The notes: generated by a model from the sequence alone, not told the origin. A stretch of DNA of 63,555 nt, filler included, from Reclinomonas americana ATCC 50394 (GCA_048213135.1; 8 parts of 5 records of this genome joined end to end with filler, not necessarily neighbours in it); one strand, 5' to 3'; numbered from the whole stretch's first letter, positions 26,179-41,701 are shown. Numbers and translations are program-made.

Positions 26179-27120
26179 TCACACTCGAATGCGTGGGTCG
26201 TACTTCTCCACGGTGACCATCAGACGGCGCCAGACTGCGCGGCCTTTGTCGCCACGACTCTCAGTCTCAGCCCATGATACGGCCTGGCCCCAGTCTCGCA
26301 CCACTCCCTCTCCGCGGAGCGTCTCCTCGCTGCCCGACTTCTTGCCCGTCCATTTGTACTTGCACTGGTTGGCAAACATGATCTCCTTCACGTCATCGGC
26401 CGTGATCCAGCGACCACAGCCAGCACCCAAGCAGCGGAATTCGAGCGCCTCCATCATGTCGAACTCGCCGAGTCCGTAGTGCTTGTAAGCGAGCTGCTTG
26501 TGTCGTGTCTTGCAAGCGGCGTTGGGGCATTGGTATTGAATGTTGAGGCCCTGGTCGACGTACTCGTACTGCTCCATCGATGAGGTGTCGACAACGTTGA
26601 GCTCTGACTTCTTCTTGAGCGTCTCGTCGCTGATGTCGGGTGCCGAAAGACCGACACTGGGCCCGGGCCCATAACCACCCCCACGCACCCTGCATTGCAT
26701 GCCAAAGGCGCAGTTGCATACGCAGGCGTTGTGACGAACATAGAAAAGACAAGGTAAATATATATGAACGAGTGTTTAGTGCATTCGCGACCGACAAACT
26801 GCACGCGCACCAAGCACGCAAGAGAAACGTGTACGAACCGGTGAACGAACATGATAGCATCCTCGTTCTCCGCATCCAATGATTTCAGCGTCATTGAATC
26901 GGGGACCATTTCTTTGCCATGAACAACGAGTCGCATAACTTCATTCGTCAAACCCGCAAACCTGGGGACCAGTGTTCGCAGGGCTGCATTAATGATCACA
27001 AGCATAAGACTACAGAGGACACGGTGCCAATCGCGAGCAAACCAACACAAGGTTTCAAGAGACCAAATTTTCTTACCTTCTTTCAAGTCGGCAACAGTGT
27101 CTGACGGTCGGCAGCGCACT
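26179..27120 (-). CDS. Ubiquitin-like domain fused to Cys-rich (putative Zn-binding) C-terminal domain; 5' end uncertain, may extend to ~27950
   Basis: Exons give RPSDTVADLKE...MRLVVHGKEMVPDSMTLKSLDAENEDAIMFVHR/VRGG (intron 26690-26838), then GLNIQYQCPNAAC...FRCLGAGC...FANQCKYKWTG...WRRLMVTVEKYDPRIRV*. Confidence 0.72.
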
Positions 27121-28169
27121 GACAATAATGTGATCAACATACAATGACGAAAAATGGTGTGCGGCAAGATTTTCGTTCGATCGCAGCGCGTCAAAGACTC
27201 GTGCATCGCAGGCGCTTCACGTACCATCGTGCAAATGCTGCCCATCACGGACATGGAGTTTGATTTTGCCATCGCGGTCAACTTTCGGCTGACTGCAAGT
27301 CGTTGGAAGTGAGAAGTCACACAAATGTCCAAATTAAAGTATGCTGCTGCAGCGTAACATGTGCACACTTGTCGGCACCTTGCCGCCAAAGTTGTAATCG
27401 CGGGCAGCGGGCCGCAATCGCGATGAGAGAAAGTTCTCAAACGACTCCCCCTTCACTTTCAGCTGAACTGCGCTCCACCCTTCCGGGGGCAGTTCAGAAG
27501 TTGGAACGATATCCATCACAGCTGTGGGACAGTGATCGTGAGTCACACAGAGGGAGCATCTCGATGAAGAGACCAAGATCACCTTGCAGAAGTGTGCTGT
27601 ACGTGTACTGGGCAGACGGAACTGTGTTTTTTCAAGCAACGGTGAGTTCCTCCGTTCTTCAGTGACACCAGTTCAGTACCCACACTCACTTGTGTACTGT
27701 GTCTGACGACGACCCGCCACACAAGCAACGGTAACAGTGACACCCATGGCTCCGCGGAATGCCTCGAATCGTGTGCGCTGGCGTCGACAAGACTTGTCTG
27801 ATTCGGTTGTCATCTCCGACAAGTCTGACAGAAACGAAGCAGCGTGATGTTTCCGCGTCAGCTGCCACAGGAGCAGGAAGTAAATTACTACACGAAGAAT
27901 GCAACGTGTTGAAGCTCGCGCCTCTCCTCAGGTGCTCCGTGTCCAAAGCTGCTGAGTTGTTGTCCAGTCATGTTCAGTCAAAACAACGGTGATAATGGTG
28001 TCTGGTCGTGTCTGGTTCCGCACTCTCTCCCGCTCCCCTCTACACAAAAGAAAACGCACTGCAAACCACCTCACATTCATTTACCGTCCATACAAGCAAG
28101 CCTCCATCCTCGCCTGCCCGGTCACCAGTTGCAGTTTGCACGCCGGAAAATCCTCCCTTCGCTCACGAG

Positions 28170-28342
28170 TAGATGAACGAGCCGAGGTTCGTCTGCTGGT
28201 ACGACGAGTACGACACCGAGCCGGCGGTCGAGCCATTGACGTCCAGGGTGGTGGTGGTCACGCCCGTGTCGGCGGTGGTGGAGCTGAGGGCCACCTGCTG
28301 GCCAGCAATGTCGAGGTCGATGGTGTTCATTTCGAGGTGCTC
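28170..28342 (-). CDS. Isolated exon of a hypothetical Thr/Ser-rich protein
   Basis: GC3-rich frame HLEMNTIDLDIAGQQVALSSTTADTGVTTTTLDVNGSTAGSVSYSSYQQTNLGSFIYS preceded by a pyrimidine tract+CAG and followed by GTGAGC. Confidence 0.4.
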
Positions 28343-28659
28343 TGCGGGTGGGGAGGAAGAGGGGGAGAAGGGGAAGAAGGGAGACAGGGGAGTGAGGCAA
28401 CACAACAAATGGCTCAGTTGGATGAGAGGGCAAGACAAACTGGGAGAGCGGGAAATATGGACTGCCCACGACAGATAAATGCGAAAGCCATACAGGAGAG
28501 AGACGTGCAGCCAAGAGGGAGGTGGAGAACGAGGGCATCTCTCCCGCTCATTCGAAATAGCAGCTTCTGTTGGCGAACAGACGGTGCATATCTTATTTTG
28601 AGAGAGAGAGAGAGAAGTTCACTCCACCTCTGAAAAACGAACAGAGAGACGGAGAAGAA

Positions 28660-29450
28660 GCCAACCACGAGTCGTTTTTCGTGCCGTCTAATTACTGCTT
28701 TGCCTCTTTGTTCTGTGTGCGTGTCTGTCTGCCTGGCTGTCTGCGTCGCTCCCTCCCTTTCTCTCGCACACATACGCCCGGCCCACGTCAACCACTGTCG
28801 TCACCCGAAATTTGTGCTTCCCAACGAGCAATCCACGAGTCGTTCTTCGTGCTGTCTTATAACTGCTTTGCTTCCTCGTTGTGTGTGCGTGTCTGCCTGC
28901 CTGCTTGTCTGCCTCTCTCCCTCCTCTCTCTCTCTCTCTCTCTCGCACACACATACACCTGGCCCAGGTCAACAATTGTCGTCACCCCGAAGAGTGTGCT
29001 TCCCATCGAGCAATATACATCAGAGTGAGCGAGCGAGAGAGAGAGAGAGAGCGGCTGAGTGAGGAAGCAATGCAACAAGGGGCAGCATGAAGGACTCCCT
29101 TCCTCTCTCTCCCTCTCTCGCACAAGTGCAGCTGACCCACTCATTTCGTCACTCCCAGCCCGACGATTGTGCTCCCCAGCATACAGACAGAGAGACAGGC
29201 AAAAACAGAAAGTGAGGCAGCATGAAGGACACCCTTCCTCTCTCTTTCTCTCTCTGTCTCTCGCGCGCGCACACACACGTTCAGCTGAACCCTTGTCGTC
29301 GCCACACAAAAGTATACCTCCCATCGAGAAGAATTTGGGTCATCAGAGGCACAGAGTGAGGCAGCGATTCTGCAGAGAGACAACACGAAGGACTAGTACT
29401 CCCTCCCTCTCTCTCTCCTCTCTCGCACAAGTGCAGCTGGCCCTTGCAGA
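28660..29450. repeat. Complex tandem repeat region (two ~170-bp units, then ~3 related units)
   Basis: ccacgagtcgtt(t/c)ttcgtgc..actgctttgc..tgtgtgcgtgtctg occurs at ~28664 and ~28833; gtgaggcagc/cagcatgaaggac..ctctctcgcacaagtgcagctg recurs at 29055-29440. Confidence 0.8.
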
Positions 29451-30567
29451 ATTCATCAGAGAGAGAGAGAGAGAGATTGGCAGACAGGCGAAGAGAGCAC
29501 GAGAATGCCTCTCTCTCTCTCTCTCTCTGCTCTACCGTACNNNNNNNNNNNNNNNNNNNNNNNNNNNNNNNNNNNNNNNNNNNNNNNNNNNNNNNNNNNN
29601 NNNNNNNNNNNNNNNNNNNNNNNNNNNNNNNNNNNNNNNNNNNNNNNNNNNNNNNNNNNNNNNNNNNNNNNNNNNNNNNNNNNNNNNNNNNNNNNNNNNN
29701 NNNNNNNNNNNNNNNNNNNNNNNNNNNNNNNNNNNNNNNNNNNNNNNNNNNNNNNNNNNNNNNNNNNNNNNNNNNNNNNNNNNNNNNNNNNNNNNNNNNN
29801 NNNNNNNNNNNNNNNNNNNNNNNNNNNNNNNNNNNNNNNNNNNNNNNNNNNNNNNNNNNNNNNNNNNNNNNNNNNNNNNNNNNNNNNNNNNNNNNNNNNN
29901 NNNNNNNNNNNNNNNNNNNNNNNNNNNNNNNNNNNNNNNNNNNNNNNNNNNNNNNNNNNNNNNNNNNNNNNNNNNNNNNNNNNNNNNNNNNNNNNNNNNN
30001 NNNNNNNNNNNNNNNNNNNNNNNNNNNNNNNNNNNNNNNNNNNNNNNNNNNNNNNNNNNNNNNNNNNNNNNNNNNNNNNNNNNNNNNNNNNNNNNNNNNN
30101 NNNNNNNNNNNNNNNNNNNNNNNNNNNNNNNNNNNNNNNNNNNNNNNNNNNNNNNNNNNNNNNNNNNNNNNNNNNNNNNNNNNNNNNNNNNNNNNNNNNN
30201 NNNNNNNNNNNNNNNNNNNNNNNNNNNNNNNNNNNNNNNNNNNNNNNNNNNNNNNNNNNNNNNNNNNNNNNNNNNNNNNNNNNNNNNNNNNNNNNNNNNN
30301 NNNNNNNNNNNNNNNNNNNNNNNNNNNNNNNNNNNNNNNNNNNNNNNNNNNNNNNNNNNNNNNNNNNNNNNNNNNNNNNNNNNNNNNNNNNNNNNNNNNN
30401 NNNNNNNNNNNNNNNNNNNNNNNNNNNNNNNNNNNNNNNNNNNNNNNNNNNNNNNNNNNNNNNNNNNNNACGTACGTACGTACGTACGTACGTACGTACG
30501 TACGTACGTACGTACGTACGTACGTACGTACGTACGTACGTACGTACGTACGACGACGTACGTCGTC

Positions 30568-30643
<76 letters not shown>

Positions 30644-31422
30644 GCAGTGCGCGTGGCCACTCAACAACATTTGAGAAACAAGCAGAACGACAGCGTAGAA
30701 CCCGCCAAACAACCACAAAGAACTCAAAAGCGCCACTCGAACTCTTCACACACGCAGAAACACAATGAAGGAGGAGCGCCGCTCACAATGAACAAAAGAG
30801 CGACAAGCACAACAACCCTACAACCACGAATCTGGACACGACATATTTTCTCACTCTCTCTCCTCCTCCTCTCACTGTACCTCACACAAACACTCACACT
30901 GAGCAACACACTCTCTCACATGCACACTCAAACACACACAAGAAGAGAGCGCAACAAAACACACACGAAAGCACATCGGTCATGATCAATCGACAATATA
31001 AAAAGTCTCACATCGCCACTCATTCTCCTTATCTCTCTTCATTCTCTCTGCGCCTTCGCCTATCACTCTCTCTCACGCAGAGAGAGCGCAACAGAGAGAA
31101 ACAAGCAAAATTGTCATGTCCGACTTTCCCACATTCATGCTGCCTCCCAAACGTACTCTCTCTCTCTCACACACACAACACGCTTCTCTCACTAACTCTC
31201 TCTCAACACATTGCGCGCGCTCACCTGAGTTCCACAAAACGCGATTGACACCACCAACCAACGGAATCGGATCACCTGGCCACTTCAAGTGTGATGCTGC
31301 GACCGCTTCTCCGCCACCTCCCACGCCCATGCACACGCCGCTTCCTCTCCTCCAACGGTAACCCCCCATGTCTCCTCTGTCAAAAACACACGAATTCTGA
31401 CAGACAAAAAACTACACAAAGG

Positions 31423-33322
<1,900 letters not shown>

Positions 33323-33336
33323 CGATGATATTCGCT

Positions 33337-33782
33337 TCACTCTTCTTTCTTTCTCGACCACCAGAAAGGAATGCAAGTGNNNNNNNNNNNNNNNNNNNNN
33401 NNNNNNNNNNNNNNNNNNNNNNNNNNNNNNNNNNNNNNNNNNNNNNNNNNNNNNNNNNNNNNNNNNNNNNNNNNNNNNNNNNNNNNNNNNNNNNNNNNNN
33501 NNNNNNNNNNNNNNNNNNNNNNNNNNNNNNNNNNNNNNNNNNNNNNNNNNNNNNNNNNNNNNNNNNNNNNNNNNNNNNNNNNNNNNNNNNNNNNNNNNNN
33601 NNNNNNNNNNNNNNNNNNNNNNNNNNNNNNNNNNNNNNNNNNNNNNNNNNNNNNNNNNNNNNNNNNNNNNNNNNNNNNNNNNNNNNNNNNNNNNNNNNNN
33701 NNNNNNNNNNNNNNNNNNNNNNNNNNNNNNNNNNNNNNNNNCGTACGTACGTACGTACGTACGTACTACGTACGTCGTCGTC

Positions 33783-33841
<59 letters not shown>

Positions 33842-34723
33842 TATCATCGTGCGTGTAGGTATGTGCATGGAGTCCACGCTGTCAGACTGCGTCACCTGAC
33901 GCATGTTTTACACAAGGCGAACAACACTCTGTCTGTCCCTATACAGCTCTCGCTCCTCTGAAAATGTGCGCGTGGGTGCGTGCATGGAGTGGCTATGAAT
34001 GCTGTTAGACTATTTCACACCAGCGCTCACCAAAGCATGCTCTCTCTCTCTCTCGCTCCCCCTCCCCCTCACCCCCTCTTCCCCTCCTTCTCCTTCCCCT
34101 TTGCCCTCTGCCCTGCCCGTCCCAATATACGCACCTCCTCCTCAAACTGCAATCGCGCCGAGTCCGCCTGAATAATGCACCGCACACGAGCAACCTCATC
34201 CTGCAGGCGCTTCATGTCGTCCGCCGAGCGCTGATCCACCTCGGTGCAGTTGCGGAAATTGGTCTGCGCCTGCTTGTGCAAGTCGCCGGCCTTGTTGGCA
34301 AGCGCCATGGCCTTGGCGAACTCGCGATTGCTCGAGAGGAAGAAGGCGGTGTATGCGTAGCTGCACGGTGGAGGCAAGAGTGAGTGCCGAGGTAAACAAT
34401 TTCGGTTCGATCGTTCATCTCACCGGAAGCCATTGTACAGCAGCTTGCGGGCGGCCAGCAGCTTGCGCTGCTCGGGGGAGCCGGACACCTCGGGGAGGCC
34501 CTCGATGAAGTCCAGGTTCTGTGAGCAGGAGAACGTCAGCGAGGTCCTTGAAAATGAATGAAAACCCAAAGAAACGAGAGGCGTGATCACAAGTAACAGG
34601 AGTACGCCCCTATCTACGGTTAGCAATTAACACGAGCCATGCATATTAAGTCTCTCAACGCGGGTTGCAATGTCGCAGCGTTGCACATCCTCCTCACTCT
34701 CTCATATTCGCCGTCTCTCTCCC

Positions 34724-34804
<81 letters not shown>

Positions 34805-36182
34805 NNNNNNNNNNNNNNNNNNNNNNNNNNNNNNNNNNNNNNNNNNNNNNNNNNNNNNNNNNNNNNNNNNNNNNNNNNNNNNNNNNNNNNNNNNNNNNNN
34901 NNNNNNNNNNNNNNNNNNNNNNNNNNNNNNNNNNNNNNNNNNNNNNNNNNNNNNNNNNNNNNNNNNNNNNNNNNNNNNNNNNNNNNNNNNNNNNNNNNNN
35001 NNNNNNNNNNNNNNNNNNNNNNNNNNNNNNNNNNNNNNNNNNNNNNNNNNNNNNNNNNNNNNNNNNNNNNNNNNNNNNNNNNNNNNNNNNNNNNNNNNNN
35101 NNNNNNNNNNNNNNNNNNNNNNNNNNNNNNNNNNNNNNNNNNNNCGCTTCTCACTGTTCTCTCTCCTCTCCTCTCTCTCTCTCCCCTCTTCTCTCTTCTC
35201 TCGGCTTCCAGGCTCTGTCTCTCTTCCATGTCTCGTAATCACTGCCTTTTCTTGCACTTTCCCTCTCTTCCCTTTCTCTTCTCTTCTCTTCGGCTCTCAT
35301 GCTCTGTCTCTCTGGTCTCTTTGTCTCGTAATCACAAATTTTTTCATGCGCTTTCCCTCTCTTCTCTCTCCCTCTCTTCTCTTATCTTCTGCTCTCAGAC
35401 TCTGTCTCTCGTCTCTTTGTCTCGTAACCACTGTCCTTTCCCTCTCTCCTCTCCCCTCCCTCATCAAAACGCAACGCTCAGTTTGTTGATTTCCGAGCGC
35501 AGTGCCGAGTTGGCCTCCTGGAACGCCATCTGCGCCTGCTCGTACAGGCTGGCCACTCGAGCGTCCACCTCGGCAGAGCCAGAGGCACCGGCCTGCTCGC
35601 ACACATGCACCCACGTTGAGCAACAGAGTGGCAAAAGTAATTCACCAGCGTCTCCTCCAACGCACCTGCTGAATGGTGGCGTCGACTTGCAACAGGAATT
35701 CGCGAGCCTGCAGGAATCCCACGCGGTAGCCGTCGACCTTGACCTCCACAGTCTGACCCATCCACGTGACGTCGCGCAGTCCCTCGGCCTCGCGGCGCAG
35801 TGTCTCTTGCATGACAGCCTGCGCGAAGAGTCAGCGATTGCGGCTGGCGCGAAGTCAACTTGTGACAAACGCAACTCCCAGTCCGCTCTTGACCGCATCG
35901 GAAATGTGCGCAGAACGGGCCAGCTCGTACAGCTCCTGCAGATCGACCTGCACGCCGTCGACGCGGCTGATGGCGTGGTGGCAGTAGCGGATGCTGACGT
36001 CCATCTCGTCCATCATGTCTACGAACAGGGCGCGCTGTGTGTCGTCGACGACCTGCGGGGGAAGGGGGGAAGGGGGAGGTGAGAAGGGACACGGAGAAGG
36101 AGTGCGAGAGAGCGACCAAGAAGAAGAGAGAGAGAGAGGGAGAGGGAGAGGGAAGAAGTGAGAGGGGACACGGAGAAGGAGG

Positions 36183-36226
<44 letters not shown>

Positions 36227-37565
36227 GAGGACGACGACGANNNNNNNNNNNNNNNNNNNNNNNNNNNNNNNNNNNNNNNNNNNNTTAATTAATTAANNNN
36301 NNNNNNNNNNNNNNNNNNNNNNNNNNNNNNNNNNNNNNNNGAGAGAGAGAGAGGGGAGACACGGCAATGTGACATCTTGCTCATCCTCTTCACCATCATC
36401 ATCTTCTTCTTCCTCTCCTCCTCCTTCTCTTGATAAATGCGCACGAAACATGCACGCACAAGGAATGGCATGCAGTGCAGATGTGCAGTAAAGAGAGACT
36501 GAAAAAAAGAGAGAGCGACAGCGCGAGAGAGACAGGATAGAACTCACACATACACACAGACAGAAAGAGAGAACGAGAAAGACTGTGCCCAGAACAACAC
36601 ACACATACGTGTGGGAAACAGCGGATGAAAACACACACAGGCACGCAGATAGGTAACGCGTTGACAATACTTTTCATCTCATCAACCAATTGAATGACAG
36701 CGTCCCTTCCCCTTCTACGCTCTCGCACTTGCACTTGTTGCATTGCACAGCGTCCACGCCCTTTCCCTACCTCCGTCTCTCCCACTCCTTCGCAATGCTA
36801 CGCTGTATTCTGCCTGCGTCGTTCATCTCCCTGTCTTCTTCCTTCTCTCTTCCACACCCCACGCACCTTGCTCAGCTCCTGATAGATCGTACGACTCTTG
36901 ACAAAGCTCTCCAGCGCATCGGACCACTGGTCGCGCTCGAGGTGATCATTGCCGAGGGTGAACGCCAGGTACGCCTTGGCCTCGAGCTTGGTCTGATCGT
37001 CGCCACGAGCCTCGCACAGTGTTTTCAGCTCCTGCGCGACAAAAGCAAATGAGTATCACCACTTTCTCTTCTCCCTTCTCCCTCAACAAACCCTCGCAAA
37101 CTTGGTGGCCTTGCGCAGCTTGCGCACAAAGTGATGGTAGTGCGAGCGCGGCTGCTCTCCGTTCTCCGTGTACTCGGCCTTGATCTCCATTGCGCGCGAC
37201 CACGCACGCTCGGCCTGGAACAGCGGGATCAAAAAGAACCGCTCGTTCTTGATGTGTCGCGGCTCCACGTGACGAACGCGGCGGCGGCCGTCCATGAGAA
37301 CCAGTGAGTGGCGCAGGCGGTGCAGCTTGCGAGAGCAGTATTGTCTACACAAGGGGATGAGATTCGACTCGCAGGCATGCACACAGACACAGACACAGAC
37401 GCAGCCACGGACACAGACACAGACACGCGCGCACGCACGCACAGGCACAGACACACACACCCACACACACATAGATGACACGAAGATGGAAGCAGAATCA
37501 CGAGTACGAACCGGTAGCGCGCGTAGTTGCTGTTGCGCATGCCATTCTGACGTTGCGCGAGACGG
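33337..37565 (-). CDS. SRP68: Signal recognition particle subunit SRP68
   Basis: QRQNGMRNSNYARYR/QYCSRKLHRLRHSL, LIPLFQAERAWSRAMEIK, RKLRKATKFAR, TKLEAKAY, KSRTIYQELSK, DEMDVSIRYC. Both ends are obscured by gaps; the 3' end (WWSRKKEE*) is tentative. Confidence 0.9.
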
Positions 37566-37791
37566 ATGGTTGAGAGGACTGAGGGAGGGCAAAGGGGGGT
37601 GGGTGAGCGACGAAAGGGAAACGAGAGAGAATGGGTCGGAGGGTAGATGAGCATTCGGGAAGAACAAGTACTTGCGCGACCAGCAACTCAGATGTCAGGA
37701 GAGAGAGACAGAGAGGCAGAGAGAGTGCGTATGTGTAGGAGAGAAAACAGGAGGCGAGACAAGAGAGGAAAGAGAGAGGCACAGTGTGTGT

Positions 37792-37870
<79 letters not shown>

Positions 37871-38856
37871 NNNNNNNNNNNNNNNNNNNNNNNNNNNNNN
37901 NNNNNNNNNNNNNNNNNNNNNNNNNNNNNNNNNNNNNNNNNNNNNNNNNNNNNNNNNNNNNNNNNNNNNNNNNNNNNNNNNNNNNNNNNNNNNNNNNNNN
38001 NNNNNNNNNNNNNNNNNNNNNNNNNNNNNNNNNNNNNNNNNNNNNNNNNNNNNNNNNNNNNNNNNNNNNNNNNNNNNNNNNNNNNNNNNNNNNNNNNNNN
38101 NNNNNNNNNNNNNNNNNNNNNNNNNNNNNNNNNNNNNNNNNNNNNNNNNNNNNNNNNNNNNNNNNNNNNNNNNNNNNNNNNNNNNNNNNNNNNNNNNNNN
38201 NNNNNNNNNNNNNNNNNNNNNNNNNNNNNNNNNNNNNNNNNNNNNNNNNNNNNNNNNNNNNNNNNNNNNNNNNNNNNNNNNNNNNNNNNNNNNNNNNNNN
38301 NNNNNNNNNNNNNNNNNNNNNNNNNNNNNNNNNNNNNNNNNNNNNNNNNNNNNNNNNNNNNNNNNNNNNNNNNNNNNNNNNNNNNNNNNNNNNNNNNNNN
38401 NNNNNNNNNNNNNNNNNNNNNNNNNNNNNNNNNNNNNNNNNNNNNNNNNNNNNNNNNNNNNNNNNNNNNNNNNNNNNNNNNNNNNNNNNNNNNNNNNNNN
38501 NNNNNNNNNNNNNNNNNNNNNNNNNNNNNNNNNNNNNNNNNNNNNNNNNNNNNNNNNNNNNNNNNNNNNNNNNNNNNNNNNNNNNNNNNNNNNNNNNNNN
38601 NTACACACGCGCGCGCACACACACACACAGCCACTCACAAACGCACAAGCGCAGAGAGAGTGTGTGTGAGAGAGAAGAGACACGAAATGAACGCATTCCT
38701 TGCTCTCTCTGTCTCACACACACTCTCACAGAAACACACACACACACACACAGTCACTCACACACGCACAGAGAGTGAGAAAGGAGAGAGAGAGAGCGAC
38801 TGAAGAGACAGGCCAAAATGCACGCGCGTTCCTCACTCTCTGTGCACGACTCTCTC

Positions 38857-38896
<40 letters not shown>

Positions 38897-39187
38897 TACA
38901 CACACACAAGGAGCAAGAGGCAAAGAATGAGATCAAAATGCATGCCTCTCCCTCTCCCTCTCCTTCTCCTTCCTTCCTCTCTCTCCTTTCCTCCCTCCCT
39001 TCCTCCCTCTCTTTCACAAACCTCGCTCACACGCACACGACGGTCAACACAGGGGCGCACGAGCGTGTCCTGCGACATGTCACGCACACTCCCACCTCGA
39101 CGTTTCCCCCCACTCTTCTCCTCCTTCTCCCCCTCACGGCCAGCATGCCTGCGGTAGGAGAGATGCATGACAGGCACTTAAATACAT

Positions 39188-40941
39188 TTAATTTACATCT
39201 GCACGATCCGCGGCCACCAGCAGCGGATCGCGAAGCTCCATCTCTGCAGCATTCTTCTTGGGTCGCTTCAGTAACCGAGCCGCCGACTTCATGGCACTGA
39301 GAACATGCGCATTATACGTGTACGCCTATCAGCAAACACCCGTCAGTACATCCATTCCTCTTCTGATACTGTACAAGCCAAAACACAACACACACGCACT
39401 ATTGCGTTCCAAAAACCCTGCAGCACGGCGAACGCCATATCCAGAAAGTTCAGGAGAAATCTTGGGTACGTGGCCATATCAATAGTATTCCAAGCACGGT
39501 TGATGATGCTTGGTGTCCACGTAAGCAGGAATACCTGCATGCAGGTATAACAATCGTGAACAAGAAAAGCAAGCTCCGAAAGAGAGTCTGAAGCACTGAC
39601 CAGCAAGTACAGTGTGATTCGCCAGCCCAGACGTATGTCGTCGAGATGAGATTTGTTGCTCCTCAACACCTGGCCGTCGATGGTGACAGACGTCGGTCTA
39701 CGGTTTATCAGGTGAAACACCACGCAGACACACAACTTACCGCTTGCTTCAACGTTGCAGAATGCTTCTTAAGATACCGCAGCACGTAAAGGTAGACGAC
39801 CAGGCACACGACGAAGATGACGATCAGCGGCAAGAAAAACGAGATCCATCTGCGGAGCAGCAATAGTAAGAGAGAACATCTCCACTACAATGAACAACGC
39901 CAAGCTCACCTCCAAGCGACATAATCGGGGCTGACCCAGCACCCTGTGCACAATTCAGCGTCAGGCAAGAGAGGAGACAAGCGCAGTTCGTGGGAACGCA
40001 ACAAAAGCCAACTGGCGTATAATAGTGCCGAAACAGATTGACGCAGATACACACCAGTGGCCTGTGCATGCACGGGGAACATGAGCGAGCTCCAGTTTGC
40101 GCGCGGTATCAACAGTCAATCGTCTCACCACACTATCGGCAGTAGCATGTACCACAACAGGAACCGCATCTCATTCACCTTGTGTCGAACGACAAGACGG
40201 AAGATGAACACGGCATACGAGAGCGCCGCTGCATGGAGTCGTATGAAAATGAGCGGCGAACAGCGATCGTTGGCAAGAGCACGCCACACGCAGCTAAAAT
40301 TTGACGTCTGTTCAAACAAGGTTCGCATCGCACCATTAATTAAACACGCGGCGTCGGCTTGTTGTGGCGGCGCAGGCTACAAGAAAGACAGCACAGTTCA
40401 GAGATGGATGGTTAGACAGAAGTGGAAAGCACGGTGGACAACCAAACCGCAATCACAAAGTAGCTGAAGACGGTGAAAAGATCGGCCACAGCCAACTGCA
40501 AGATCAAATAGGTATTTACGCCGACTTTGCCGCGAACCGTGGAGTCCTGACTACTCGTAGTGCTCGCAGTCGCCGTGGTGCTGGATTTCGAGTCTCCGCC
40601 CTGCGAGTTCATCTCGTCGTGGGCGGCATCTGTGTGTAATGGACGATTGCCTGTGCTCCAATGCCGATGATCTGCAACCGCCCTCAGCGTCTGCATTGCT
40701 TTCGAGCTCCGCAACCACTGCGTGCGAAGCTGCAGCCCAACGCGCATGATAACCGACGCGCAACCCAGCACGGAGAGCGACACTGCCGTCCACAACACAA
40801 CACGATACAATAGCTGTGTGTGTGTTGCGTGTGAGCAGTGATCGCATGGAGATTATCAACAAAGGGAGGATCCTCACACTCAACTCGCTGCTGCTCATCC
40901 ATGCTGTCCCAGAGACTCTGCTGCTGCTGCTCGGAGAACAT
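39188..40941 (-). CDS. 7TM G-protein-coupled receptor, cAMP-receptor (CAR)/GCR1-like
   Basis: TM1 AVSLSVLGCASVIM, TM2 LILQLAVADLFTVFSY, loop CWVSPDY, TM6 VFLLTWTPSIINRAW, TM7 AVLQGFWNAI/AYTYN; stop TAA at 39188-39190. Confidence 0.8.
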
Positions 40942-41214
40942 TCTTCCGTCCGCGACCTCTGCGTATGCGAGTGCATGAAAAACACATGCATCCCACACCA
41001 CGCTAGCGCACGTGCATGTACCAACAAACACGCGTTCGCCCTCAGAAAGGGAAGCGGCGACGACGGTGTTTCGTGCTGTCGAACCTGTGGACGGTGAATG
41101 AGCTGCTGCCTCTATCACAACACACAGAGAGACGGACGGGGGGAGACAGCGAAAAACACGCACAGAGAAGAAACAGGCATTCCTTGCTCGTTCCGTGCAT
41201 GATCTTCCCACTTC

Positions 41215-41455
41215 CACACACTTCCACACACTTCTGCACACTTCACATCCACACTCTCTCTCACACTCAAAACAAGACAAGTCACACAACACAACACGAA
41301 GCTCCGAGACAGACACACACTTCCACACACTTCCACACACTTCCACACACTTTCACACACTTCCACACACTTCCACACACTTCCACACACTTCCACACAC
41401 TTCCACACACTTCTACACACTTCTGCACACTTCCACACACTTCTACACTTCTGCA
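41215..41455. repeat. 10-bp minisatellite (TTCCACACAC)n
   Basis: About 13 near-perfect units at 41318-41455 plus 3 units at 41211-41245. Confidence 0.95.
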
Positions 41456-41701
41456 CACGCACACATACACACGCACTCTCTCACTCTCACGTACACACAT
41501 AAAACACGACAATCAACAATCCATGCCTCTGTCCCACGCAGCACGCATGCAGCCAACACTCTCCCTCTCTCCGCACTCTCTACCCACCTTCACACAAACA
41601 AAACACTGAAGCTTCGAACGAGACAGACGCGCCTGTCCTGCGGCATGTCACGCACACTCTTCCTCTCCGTCTCTCTCCCTGCGCGCCCACGCACCACCAA
41701 A

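Noticed and set aside
30470-30570. (TACG)n palindromic tandem arrays (also near 1, 5955, 6131, 14225, 33742)
   Set aside because: Always at contig edges next to long (CT)n tracts. TACG is the 454 flow order, so these are most likely phase-loss sequencing artefacts, not telomeres or real satellites.
29059-30985. Long ORFs rich in ER/SL/X in the ORF track
   Set aside because: Artefacts of (CT)n/(GA)n microsatellites and N gaps.
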